Below, piece by piece: positions 1 through 9,327 of a stretch of 32,000 bases of DNA; position 1 is the stretch's first letter, and every line of letters starts with the position of its first letter. This DNA is from Raphidiopsis brookii D9 (GTDB lineage Bacteria > Cyanobacteriota > Cyanobacteriia > Cyanobacteriales > Nostocaceae): the NCBI GenBank assembly GCA_000175855.1, contig ACYB01000011.1, forward strand, positions 1 through 32,000, in the 5' to 3' direction. The position numbers and the translations under genes were made by a program. Under the pieces are notes generated by a model. That model ran no database searches, was not told where the DNA came from, and worked only from the letters and a program-made list of their open reading frames with translations.

Positions 1-123
1 TAGGGTGGGGATCATTAACACACCGAACCAGCCAATATAGAGGCGGTTGTTGGTGCTTGTAATGAATTCGCAGAAGCGGTCCCAGATGTTAGCACTCTGG
101 CGCTGTTGAATGGCAGTAGTCAT
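1..123 (-). CDS. psbA: Photosystem II D1 protein, N-terminal part (cut by window edge)
   Basis: Reverse complement from 123 reads [41 protein letters not shown], the canonical D1 N-terminus. Confidence 0.97.
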   Translation of the reverse strand, partial: MTTAIQQRQSANIWDRFCEFITSTNNRLYIGWFGVLMIPTL

Positions 124-191
124 GGTTTTATAATTGCGGTTTTACGAGAGATTTATGTATGTTCCGGTAGGTGTTTCTACCTTATGAACTT

Positions 192-220
192 ATATTAAGA
201 CAAATGTTTAGATTTGTAAA
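192..220 (-). promoter_or_regulatory. Putative sigma70-type promoter of psbA
   Basis: Minus strand TTTACA (215-220), 17-nt spacer, TAATAT (192-197), about 70 nt upstream of the psbA ATG. Confidence 0.6.
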
Positions 221-260
221 GAGTTTTTTACAAAAAATTTAATAAATTTGCCAATTAGGG

Positions 261-322
261 ATTTTGCTATATGTGGTAGGGGTTTCCGGGCATGGGAGAG
301 TAGGCGTGAGTTTTTAAAAAGG
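261..322. repeat. Copy 1 of a 62-bp direct repeat (attttgctatatgtggtaggggtttccgg...gtgagtttttaaaaagg)
   Basis: Aligns to 2356-2417 with about 6 mismatches over 62 nt. Confidence 0.85.
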
Positions 323-442
323 CGGATTTTGCATAGCAAGGGAATAAAAATCCTTAGCTGAAAGCTTAATTTAGTTTTCAACCGACTGTTATTTGAGAGT
401 GCGAAGTCGCGTAGCGGGTGAAGTTCCATCTCAAAATTTCCC

Positions 443-691
443 TTGAGAAGATTCGGGGAAGTGCTATTGCGCGGGTTCGATGGCGAAGCGATAGCACTCT
501 TGATAGTAGTTGCCAACTCCAACGAACCACGTTATCGTCGCGCACGTCAAGCATATAAAGTATTGCAGAACATTGGTGTTCGCATTGACGTAATTGTTAT
601 GAACCGTGAAGAGGTAGAAAGGAAGGTAAACGTTCCCATTTCCTTAGTCAGTCGTATTGTCCATGAGGGCAAACTCCTTCATAAGGCATGA
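443..691 (+). pseudogene. Fragment of a minimal nucleotidyltransferase (MNT)-type protein, C-terminal portion, with traces of a HEPN partner start just downstream
   Basis: IALLIVVANSNEPRYRRARQAYKVLQNIGVRIDVIVMNREEVERKVNVPISLVSRIVHEGKLLH resembles the C-terminal half of MNT proteins. The N-terminal GSxARG...D catalytic motif is absent. Downstream frame EKYDEIAQWLQ resembles a HEPN start and is cut off next to the methylase gene. Confidence 0.5.
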
Positions 692-740
692 AAAGTATGA
701 TGAAATTGCCCAGTGGTTACAACCTCAAAACGGTTGCTTA

Positions 741-1550
741 TCAGTTCCAGACCGCCAGCACTTCTTTAACAGATTTGCGAGAAGTTCCCTTAGCAGATAT
801 AGTTCTACCGACATTGATAGATGTAATCTGAGCAGAGGAATACAGTTCTCGTGCTGTAGGAGTGTCATGATTGCTTACAATCACACGAGCACCACGATTG
901 GCCAGCGATACTGCTAAATCACGCAGACGAACTTGGTCATCATAATTAAACCCACCAGTAGCATAATCACTAAAGTTTGCAGTATCTGAGAGAGGAAGAT
1001 AAGGCGGGTCAAAATATACTACAGTGCTAGAATCCAACTTTTGATACAGATTCTCGTTGGCAAAGTCACCGACAGAAAATTCTACTGATTGCCCTGCAAA
1101 TACCGAGATAAAGTTCTCCATCTCTTTACGAGGAAAATATGGAGATTTATATCTACCAAATGGTACGTTGAACTCACCAGATTTATTGTAACGTGTCAGT
1201 CCATTAAAACAATGGCGATTCAGATATACAAACAGACTAGCACGTTCACTAGGTTCTAAACTGGTGTTAAACTGATTACGAAAGTAATAGAAACTCACTT
1301 GATTATTGTTATCGGCAAAATATTTTTCACATTCATTGATAAAGTCGTGATTATAAATAATAAATTTATATAAACTAATTAAATCCTTATTGAAATCGTT
1401 GATAATATAATCAAGTGCGACAACATTTAAAGCAACAGATAAAGAGCCAGCGAACGGTTCAATGTAACGCTTAGGTGTGCCAATCAGTGGCAGAATGTGA
1501 GGTAGAACACGATACTTACTGCCTGCCCATTTAAGAAATGGTTTGTTCAT
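741..1550 (-). CDS. D12-class (Dam/DpnM-like) DNA adenine-N6 methyltransferase
   Basis: PFLKWAGSK near the N-terminus, RYIEPFAGSLSVAL and VVYFDPPYLP (DPPY catalytic motif); 269 aa. Confidence 0.93.
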   Translation of the reverse strand: MNKPFLKWAGSKYRVLPHILPLIGTPKRYIEPFAGSLSVALNVVALDYIINDFNKDLISLYKFIIYNHDFINECEKYFADNNNQVSFYYFRNQFNTSLEPSERASLFVYLNRHCFNGLTRYNKSGEFNVPFGRYKSPYFPRKEMENFISVFAGQSVEFSVGDFANENLYQKLDSSTVVYFDPPYLPLSDTANFSDYATGGFNYDDQVRLRDLAVSLANRGARVIVSNHDTPTARELYSSAQITSINVGRTISAKGTSRKSVKEVLAVWN

Positions 1551-1809
1551 TTGATGATAAAAGAAGCGAAACTACCTAGGAAATAAAATGCCATTGCTTT
1601 ATCTTTCAATTCGACACTATTATAGCACAAACGACTATAATTGCCATTTCTATATTTACTTCCTTTTGTACGAATTTGAATAAACTTATTAGGTCCATTG
1701 ATTGTATGAAGAGTTTTCTCGTTCCATTAGAATTTCTCATGAATGCTTGCCCTTCCAACAAACCGACTAAAAGCATCTAGTTTTTAAAAACAGGTATTTT
1801 CTCACCCAT

Positions 1810-1842
1810 AAAAAAAACGCCCCCCAACCAGTGAGGAGCTTT
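1810..1842 (-). terminator. Intrinsic terminator downstream of the truncated psbA copy
   Basis: Minus strand GCTCCTC-ACTGGTT-GGGGGGC stem (two G:U pairs) followed by GTTTTTTTT. Confidence 0.7.
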
Positions 1843-1862
1843 TCATTTAACAGTATTGATTA

Positions 1863-2417
<555 letters not shown>

Positions 2418-2687
2418 GCGATCGCATGATTACTTAATTTTCTATTATACAATCTAGCTCCATGACAGATTATGCAGGTGATCGCTTTTGAGAAAGGGGG
2501 ATTGTTCGTGATCTGTAACGGCTAACAGTCCTCAGTAGGGTCTCGTGAAGGTCTCGCGAGTGCGAGATCGCTTTTCTCATTTTGTATAGCCTTTGTGAAA
2601 GATGCTACTTGAGTTAAGAATTGTTTACAACTAGCAATACTTTGCTGTACAGTTGGTAGTATGCTATGTAGCTACGGAATCTTACCT

Positions 2688-2840
2688 ATGAGCAAACCAC
2701 AAATCACCATTAGATTATCTCCATCTCCACTGCAAGAACTTAACAACTATGTTGAGCTAACTAGCACGTCGAGAACTGATGTGGTTGTCAGTGCGATCGC
2801 TCAGTATCTTGGTTGTACTGACAATGTACCGTTGAATTAG
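2688..2840 (+). CDS. Ribbon-helix-helix (CopG/ParD-like) small DNA-binding protein, probably prematurely terminated
   Basis: MSKPQITIRLSPSPLQELNNYVELTSTSRTDVVVSAIAQYLGCTDNVPLN*. After the TAG the same frame continues [18 protein letters not shown] to 2897. Confidence 0.65.
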   Translation: MSKPQITIRLSPSPLQELNNYVELTSTSRTDVVVSAIAQYLGCTDNVPLN

Positions 2841-2893
2841 GGGGTGGGTGTGTTAGAAAAAAGACTTACTGAGTTAGAACTGGTAATAAACAA

Positions 2894-3352
2894 ATGAGAT
2901 TATCAAATTCGGAAACTGAAAAACTTTTTGAGGCTTTATTGGATGCTTATCGGGATTATGACAGTCTCAGAATCATGGTGAGATTGAAGCTTGGAGAAAC
3001 CTTAGAAAGATTTGCTGGAAGGGGTGATTTAGAAACTGTTGTTTTTAATCTTATTGACTCAGCAGAAAGGAGGGGGAAATTACAGAGCCTAATTGTAGGA
3101 GCTTATGAAAAAAATCCTGATAATCCAGAGTTAAAAAGGTTTTATAAAACAGTCTTCACAGACTTTAAGCAAAGAGCAATCTTAGATTCTGATACTCATC
3201 ATGCCAGTCATCTAAACACCACTCCCATACGTTGCCGTGCATATCGTATAATCCGAAGTTATTGGCCACTCCAAAGCTCCCTACTTCTGTTGTTTTTTGT
3301 CTATAAACTCCCTTGGGTCCTTGACCATAAGTTTCATTGCCATTATAGTTAG
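2894..3352 (+). CDS. Effector-associated domain (EAD1-like) protein; the C-terminal part is chimeric with antisense FGE sequence
   Basis: [83 protein letters not shown] matches the EAD1 pattern recalled from cyanobacterial conflict proteins. Residues after about 3170 read antisense through the neighbouring gene. Confidence 0.6.
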   Translation: MRLSNSETEKLFEALLDAYRDYDSLRIMVRLKLGETLERFAGRGDLETVVFNLIDSAERRGKLQSLIVGAYEKNPDNPELKRFYKTVFTDFKQRAILDSDTHHASHLNTTPIRCRAYRIIRSYWPLQSSLLLLFFVYKLPWVLDHKFHCHYS

Positions 3353-3815
3353 CCAAATCCGTTGTTATCGTCTCTCCAAAGTGGAATGGTGTCTTTGTCC
3401 CTGCTCGACAAGCATATTCCCATTCTGCTTCACTAGGTAAACGATATTGTCTTTTAGTATGCCTTGAAAAGCGATCGCAAAACTCCACCGCATCATACCA
3501 AGACACTCTTTCAACAGGGTGATTATCACCTTTAAATCTAGAAGGGTCTGGGTCTAGTTTTTTATTGACTTGGGGGAGTTTGGCTACAAATTTCCATTGT
3601 GCTTGAGTGACTTGATATTGACCGAACCAAAAGGGTTTTATTGTAACTTCATGTTGTGGACGTTCTTCATCATAACTATCCTTCTCTTCTTCCGGTGAAC
3701 CCATGACAAAAGTGCCACCAGGAATCAACATCATGTCCAGTTGAATATCATTACCTAAATCTTCTCGAAAATACTGTGCTGTTCTTTGATACTCATGAAT
3801 CACAAGTTTTGGCAT
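3165..3815 (-). CDS. Formylglycine-generating enzyme / SUMF1-like domain protein, C-terminally truncated
   Basis: [16 protein letters not shown]...[42 protein letters not shown]...[24 protein letters not shown]. Lacks the terminal ...LRGGSW...R.a.R......GFR segment. Confidence 0.85.
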   Translation of the reverse strand: MPKLVIHEYQRTAQYFREDLGNDIQLDMMLIPGGTFVMGSPEEEKDSYDEERPQHEVTIKPFWFGQYQVTQAQWKFVAKLPQVNKKLDPDPSRFKGDNHPVERVSWYDAVEFCDRFSRHTKRQYRLPSEAEWEYACRAGTKTPFHFGETITTDLANYNGNETYGQGPKGVYRQKTTEVGSFGVANNFGLYDMHGNVWEWCLDDWHDEYQNLRLLFA

Positions 3816-4166
3816 TTTTTGTCACCCAATTGTTACATCTGTTATTCATTTATAATTATTGACTACTACTATAAGTAATTACAAATATGATTTATTTAAC
3901 AGCATTTTATCCCCCCTAAACCCGCTAAAAAGGGAACATTTTAGACTGAACCTACTGCATAGCAATACATTTATATTGTAAAGTCTATGAGGCGATCGCC
4001 TGCTAAAAATTCTTGTCCTTATTATACATCATCCCGTGCAGGTGTAACGCCCAATTTGCTGTTGAGGGAGAATAAGGGTGCTAAGGTATTGTTTTCGGAT
4101 ATCTGTTAATTGACATTTTAATGTACAATCACTTCTACTTCCTCAAAAGATGAAGAGGTTTTTTAA

Positions 4167-5513
4167 ATGACTCGTGTGATTATTGTGCGTCATGGACAAA
4201 GTACCTATAACACTGAAGGACGCATTCAGGGACGGACTAACACGTCCAGCTTAACAGAAAAAGGTTCCGAGGATGCTCTCAGGACTGGTCAGGTGCTGAG
4301 TAGTATACCATTTGCAGCTATATATAGCAGTCCCCTCACTCGAGCTAAACAGACTGCGGAAATTATCCACAATCAGTTGACAGGTCATCCAGTTCCATCG
4401 GTGGAGACTAGTGACTATTTACTGGAAGTGGACTTACCCTTGTGGGAGGGAATGTTATCTGGGGAGGTGAGGGAAAAGTTCTCCCTTGATTATACCATCT
4501 GGAAAGAACGTCCCCAGGAGTTGCTAATGACCATTAGTGACCCAAATGGCACAAGAGATCACTCCCCCATATTATCTTTATATGAACAAGCACGACAATT
4601 TTGGCAGCATATCCTATCCCATCCCTCGGCAAGGACTATTCTTGTAGTTGCACATAATGGCATTAACCGTGCTCTAATTAGTACAGCTTTGGGTATTCCT
4701 CCTAGTCGCTATCATGCTATACAACAGTCTAATTGTGGAATCAGTGTTCTTAATTTTAGCGGAGGACTGGGTGAACCTGTACAGTTGGAGTCCATGAATC
4801 AAACCCAACATCTGGGAGATATTTTGCCTAGTTTGCGCCCAAATCATCAAGGGTTTCGTTTACTATTGGTTCGTCATGGAGAAACTGAATGGAATCGTCA
4901 AGGGAAGTTCCAAGGACAAATTGATGTACCTTTGAATGACCATGGTAGGGTTCAAGCAACAAAAGCTAGAGAGTTTCTCAAAACCATATCTCTTGATTTT
5001 GCTTTTAGTAGCACTATGGCCCGTCCCCGAGAAACAGCAGAAATTATTCTTCAAGACCATCCCCATATCAGTTTACAATTATTGGATGGTTTAAGGGAAA
5101 TTAGTCATGGAAAATGGGAAGGTAAGTTTGAATCGGAAATAGACCAGGATTTCCCCGGTGAGTTGCATCGCTGGCGCACTATTCCTGCTCAGGTGCAAAT
5201 GCCAGAAGGTGAAAATTTACAAGAGGTATATCAACGTAGTGTGGGGTCGTGGCAAGAAATATTACACACTGCTCAAAGTCAAAACTTGGGTATAGGTCTA
5301 GTTGTGGCTCACGATGCAACAAATAAAACTCTGCTTTGTCACATACTCGGTCTGTCCCTAGAAAATTTCTGGAATTTCCGTCAGGGAAATGGCGCAGTTA
5401 GTGTGATCGATTATCCTCAAGGTGCTCACAGTTCACCCGTTCTACAAGCTATGAATATTACTGGACATTTAAGTGGTGGAGTGTTAGATAAAACTGCCGC
5501 AGGCGCTCTCTAA
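4167..5513 (+). CDS. Two-domain histidine phosphatase (phosphoglycerate mutase-like)
   Basis: Two RHG motifs: VRHGQSTYNTEGRIQG and VRHGETEWNRQGKFQG; 448 aa. Confidence 0.93.
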   Translation: MTRVIIVRHGQSTYNTEGRIQGRTNTSSLTEKGSEDALRTGQVLSSIPFAAIYSSPLTRAKQTAEIIHNQLTGHPVPSVETSDYLLEVDLPLWEGMLSGEVREKFSLDYTIWKERPQELLMTISDPNGTRDHSPILSLYEQARQFWQHILSHPSARTILVVAHNGINRALISTALGIPPSRYHAIQQSNCGISVLNFSGGLGEPVQLESMNQTQHLGDILPSLRPNHQGFRLLLVRHGETEWNRQGKFQGQIDVPLNDHGRVQATKAREFLKTISLDFAFSSTMARPRETAEIILQDHPHISLQLLDGLREISHGKWEGKFESEIDQDFPGELHRWRTIPAQVQMPEGENLQEVYQRSVGSWQEILHTAQSQNLGIGLVVAHDATNKTLLCHILGLSLENFWNFRQGNGAVSVIDYPQGAHSSPVLQAMNITGHLSGGVLDKTAAGAL

Positions 5514-5538
5514 TAAGCATTGGGGAATTGAAGCAGAT

Positions 5539-6795
5539 ATGATTGAATTGCTAAAGGAAGTGCGGGTCATTGATGCAGTTATGCAAACTGACCAAGTAGC
5601 CGATGTGTTGATTTTTGATGGTGAAATTAAGGCGATCGCCCGGCAAATTCCCAATCCCAGCCCTGAAACTGTGGTGAGAGATTGTCAAGGTCTATTATTG
5701 GGCAATGGTTTGGTGGATCTATACAGTCATTCTGGTGAACCTGGGTTTGAAGAAAGGGAAACTTTGAGTTCTTTATTAAGGTCGGCTCAAGTGGGTGGAT
5801 TTACTAGAATAAACGTCTTACCTGATACATGTCCAGTGATTGACCAACCATCTTTAGTGGTACAATTACAACAAAAATATAGGGGTAAAAATGCCCCCAG
5901 ACTACAAATTTGGGCGGGAATAACCCTGGATTTAGCAGGTAAGCAGTTAATCGAATTTGCTGATTTAGCCAATTGTGGTGTGGTGGGTTTTACAGATGAT
6001 AAACCCTGGGAAAATTTGGGTATGGTTAGGAAGATTTTAGAATATTTACAGCCATATAGTCAAGTTGTGGCTTTTTCACCGTGCGATCGCTCTTTATGTT
6101 TGAATGGTAAAGTGAGAGAAGGTGTGGAGGGGTTGCGCATGGGATTACCAGGGATACCAGCGAGTGCGGAAACCAGTGCCATAGCGGGACTATTAGAATT
6201 AGTAGCAGAAGTTGGGACTCCTATACATATTATGCGGGTATCTACAAGCAGGAGTGTGGAATTAATTGCCAGGGCTAAATCCGATGGTTTACCCGTAACT
6301 GCAAGTAGTACCTGGATGCACTTGTTATTGAGTAGCGAAGATATTCACAGTTACCATACTAGTTTACATTTAAAACCACCTTTGGGAAATGTTAGTGATA
6401 TGAAAGCGTTGCGTGAGGGGGTGCGTCAGGGTATAATAGATGGTATAGCTATTGATCATGCTGCATTCACCTATGAAGAAAAGGTGCAGGCTTTTGCTGA
6501 GTCCCTACCAGGAGCAATTGGTCTAGAACTGGCCCTACCCCTATTGTGGCAAAATCTGGTAGAAACCGGGGAATTTACGGCCTTGGAATTATGGAAGAGT
6601 TTAACTTATGGACCTGCAACTTGTTTAAAGCAGAAAATAAGTCCCATTCAACCAGGAGAGAGGGCAGAATTAACACTGTTTAATCCTGACAAGACTTGGG
6701 AAGTAACCATAGATAATCTTTGTTCTTTGAGTAATAATACACCGTGGTTAGGAGACGAAATAAAAGGAAGAGTGATCCAGATCTGGTGTGATTAA
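5539..6795 (+). CDS. pyrC: Dihydroorotase-like amidohydrolase, possibly a non-catalytic paralogue
   Basis: Overall dihydroorotase pattern (GNGLVDLYSHSGEPG, INVLPDT, GIAIDHAAFTYEEK, GAIGLELALPLL), but several metal-ligand positions are substituted. Confidence 0.75.
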   Translation: MIELLKEVRVIDAVMQTDQVADVLIFDGEIKAIARQIPNPSPETVVRDCQGLLLGNGLVDLYSHSGEPGFEERETLSSLLRSAQVGGFTRINVLPDTCPVIDQPSLVVQLQQKYRGKNAPRLQIWAGITLDLAGKQLIEFADLANCGVVGFTDDKPWENLGMVRKILEYLQPYSQVVAFSPCDRSLCLNGKVREGVEGLRMGLPGIPASAETSAIAGLLELVAEVGTPIHIMRVSTSRSVELIARAKSDGLPVTASSTWMHLLLSSEDIHSYHTSLHLKPPLGNVSDMKALREGVRQGIIDGIAIDHAAFTYEEKVQAFAESLPGAIGLELALPLLWQNLVETGEFTALELWKSLTYGPATCLKQKISPIQPGERAELTLFNPDKTWEVTIDNLCSLSNNTPWLGDEIKGRVIQIWCD

Positions 6796-6814
6796 AATAG
6801 AAGTATAGAAATTA

Positions 6815-7525
6815 TTGATGTCTAATCATAGCAATTTACTGTCTAAAACTATGATTTCCGATTTAAAGGTTCCCGGGGAATGGGGTAGTGTTCTCTCGGA
6901 CGAGTTCCAGAAACCTTATTGGAAGCAGCTGGGAGAGTTTCTGGTTCAAGAAAGAAGGTCTCAAACCATTTACCCACCAGAGTCAGAAGTTTTTTCTGCT
7001 TTTGAATTAACACCCTACCAACAGGTAAATGTTTTATTATTAGGACAGGATCCCTATCATCAAAGAAATCAAGCCCATGGTTTATGTTTTTCCGTCAAAC
7101 CTGGTGTTAAACCACCACCTTCTCTCAAAAACATTTATCAGGAACTTCAACAAGATTTAGGATTTCCTATTGCCAATCATGGTTACCTAGCTAATTGGGC
7201 TAAGCAAGGTATCTTAATGCTAAATGCGGTGTTAACCGTAAGAGAAGGACAACCCAATTCTCATAAAAATCAAGGTTGGGAACTTTTCACTGATAAGGTG
7301 ATTAGAAAGGTTAATGAAAAACCAGAACCCGTCATATTTGTTCTTTGGGGTGGATATGCACGAAAAAAAATCAAACTAATTGACACAAATCGACACTTAG
7401 TGATTGAGTCAGCTCACCCTTCTCCTTTATCCGCCTATAATGGTTTCTTTGGTAGCAAACCCTTCTCAGCCATAAATTCAGCCTTAAGGATCCAGGATAA
7501 ACCAGAAATTGACTGGGGATTATAA
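6815..7525 (+). CDS. ung: Uracil-DNA glycosylase
   Basis: VLLLGQDPYHQRNQAHGLCFSV and HPSPLSAYNGFFGS. Confidence 0.96.
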   Translation: MMSNHSNLLSKTMISDLKVPGEWGSVLSDEFQKPYWKQLGEFLVQERRSQTIYPPESEVFSAFELTPYQQVNVLLLGQDPYHQRNQAHGLCFSVKPGVKPPPSLKNIYQELQQDLGFPIANHGYLANWAKQGILMLNAVLTVREGQPNSHKNQGWELFTDKVIRKVNEKPEPVIFVLWGGYARKKIKLIDTNRHLVIESAHPSPLSAYNGFFGSKPFSAINSALRIQDKPEIDWGL

Positions 7526-7596
7526 GGGAATTATGGATTTAAACGAAAGCACGGATCCAATCTGTTAGAATTACTTTATAACTACCTTATGAAAAT

Positions 7597-9075
7597 ATGA
7601 GCATAGCCACAGCTGTAAAAACAGAATACGAAGCCATCATAGGATTAGAAACCCATTGTCAACTTAGCACCAATACCAAAATTTTTTCCAGCAGCTCTAC
7701 TGCTTTTGGTGCTGAACCCAATACCAATATCGACCCAGTCTGTATGGGTTTACCGGGTGTCTTACCAGTCCTCAATGCTAAAGTTCTAGAATATGCAGTT
7801 AAAGCAGGATTAGCTTTAAACTGTCAAATTGCCAAGTATAGTAAATTTGACCGTAAACAGTATTTTTATCCTGATCTACCAAAAAACTATCAAATTTCCC
7901 AATATGACCTACCCATAGCTGAACATGGTTGGCTAGAAATCGAAATAGTAGATGATCATGATCAGCCCATTCGTAAACGGATTGGTATTACTCGTCTACA
8001 CATGGAAGAGGACGCAGGAAAGTTGGTGCACGCTGGTAGCGATCGATTAGCTGGTTCCAGTTATTCCCTAGTAGACTACAATCGTGCTGGTGTACCCTTA
8101 GTAGAAATTGTTTCAGAACCCGATCTACGTTCCGGTCAAGAAGCAGCTGAATATGCCCAGGAATTACGTAGAATTATGCGCTACTTGGGTGTGAGTGATG
8201 GGAATATGCAAGAAGGTTCCCTGCGCTGTGATGTGAATATTTCCGTTCGTCCAGTAGGGGAAAAGAAATTTGGCACCAAGGTAGAAATCAAAAATATGAA
8301 CTCCTTTAGTGCTATCCAAAGAGCAATAGATTATGAGATTCAACGTCAAATTGCTGCGATCGAAGCGGGAGAGAGAATAATTCAAGAAACCCGCTTGTGG
8401 GAGGAAGGTTCCCAACGCACTAGTAGTATGCGAGTGAAAGAAGGTTCTAGTGATTATCGTTATTTCCCCGAACCAGATTTGGCACCCATTGAAGTTTCCC
8501 ATAGCCAACTAGAAACCTGGAGATCTGAATTACCAGAATTGCCCGCTCAAAAACGTCATCGTTATGAACGTGAATTGGGACTTTCAGCATACGACACCAG
8601 AGTTTTAACGGAGGATCTACCAGTCACAGAATACTTTGAAAGTACTATAAATGCTGGTGCTAACCCTAAATCAGCTGCTAATTGGATTACTCAAGATATA
8701 GCTGCCTACTTAAACAAACAAAAACTTACCATATCAGAAATTAAACTGACACCGCAGACCATGGCGGAGGTGATTAGTCGTATTGAGAAAGGTAAAATTA
8801 GTAATGCTCAAGCAAAAGAAAAATTGGGGGATTTACTGACAGGTATTTCTGTAGAAGAAGTATTTGCTGGTCAGGAATTAATCACTGATCCAGATGTGTT
8901 AGGTCCCATAGTGGATGAAATAATTGCTGCTAATCCACAACAGGTAGAGAAATACCAAGGTGGCAATATTAACCTCAAGGGTTTCTTTGTGGGACAAGTA
9001 TTGAAAAAGACTAATAAACGAGCGGAACCCAAACTAACCAATGAACTAGTGGAAAAGAAACTCCACAACTTTTGA
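7597..9075 (+). CDS. gatB: Aspartyl/glutamyl-tRNA(Asn/Gln) amidotransferase subunit B
   Basis: IIGLETHCQLSTNTKIF...GSLRCDVNISVRPVGEKKFGTKVEIKNMNSF...SSDYRYFPEPDL. Confidence 0.98.
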   Translation: MSIATAVKTEYEAIIGLETHCQLSTNTKIFSSSSTAFGAEPNTNIDPVCMGLPGVLPVLNAKVLEYAVKAGLALNCQIAKYSKFDRKQYFYPDLPKNYQISQYDLPIAEHGWLEIEIVDDHDQPIRKRIGITRLHMEEDAGKLVHAGSDRLAGSSYSLVDYNRAGVPLVEIVSEPDLRSGQEAAEYAQELRRIMRYLGVSDGNMQEGSLRCDVNISVRPVGEKKFGTKVEIKNMNSFSAIQRAIDYEIQRQIAAIEAGERIIQETRLWEEGSQRTSSMRVKEGSSDYRYFPEPDLAPIEVSHSQLETWRSELPELPAQKRHRYERELGLSAYDTRVLTEDLPVTEYFESTINAGANPKSAANWITQDIAAYLNKQKLTISEIKLTPQTMAEVISRIEKGKISNAQAKEKLGDLLTGISVEEVFAGQELITDPDVLGPIVDEIIAANPQQVEKYQGGNINLKGFFVGQVLKKTNKRAEPKLTNELVEKKLHNF

Positions 9076-9327
9076 CACCTATTTTCTTGTAACCAGGGAA
9101 AAAATGGAAAAATTTGAAAAAAAGATTAAAAAGGGGTTTGACCCCTCGCACTAATAATGTTATAGTGTGATAAGTAGATGCACCCTGATGATTTGGAGAG
9201 CTATTTCATGGCTCTCTTTTTTCATTCCTGGTAATTTTTGGTGATTTTTTTAGGTTCCCTTCACCATATATATATTATAGTTTATAATATTTGTGCTAAA
9301 AACTTGTGGAATTTTGGGGCCTTGATT

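Noticed and set aside
208-522. 104-aa minus-strand ORF between psbA and the MNT fragment
   Set aside because: Overlaps the psbA promoter and the 62-bp repeat; composition does not look protein-like.
2535-2580. Inverted repeat TCTCGC-GAGT-GCGAGA
   Set aside because: Short 6-bp stem with no T tract or conserved context; insufficient to call a regulatory element.
8164-8508. 114-aa ORF antisense to gatB
   Set aside because: Fully inside a highly conserved gene in opposite orientation with no recognisable domain.
9238-9327. Upstream extension of argJ (MVIFLGSLHHIYIIVYNICAKN...)
   Set aside because: Low-complexity, unlike ArgJ homologues; MADWDEITGG at 9328 is the natural start.
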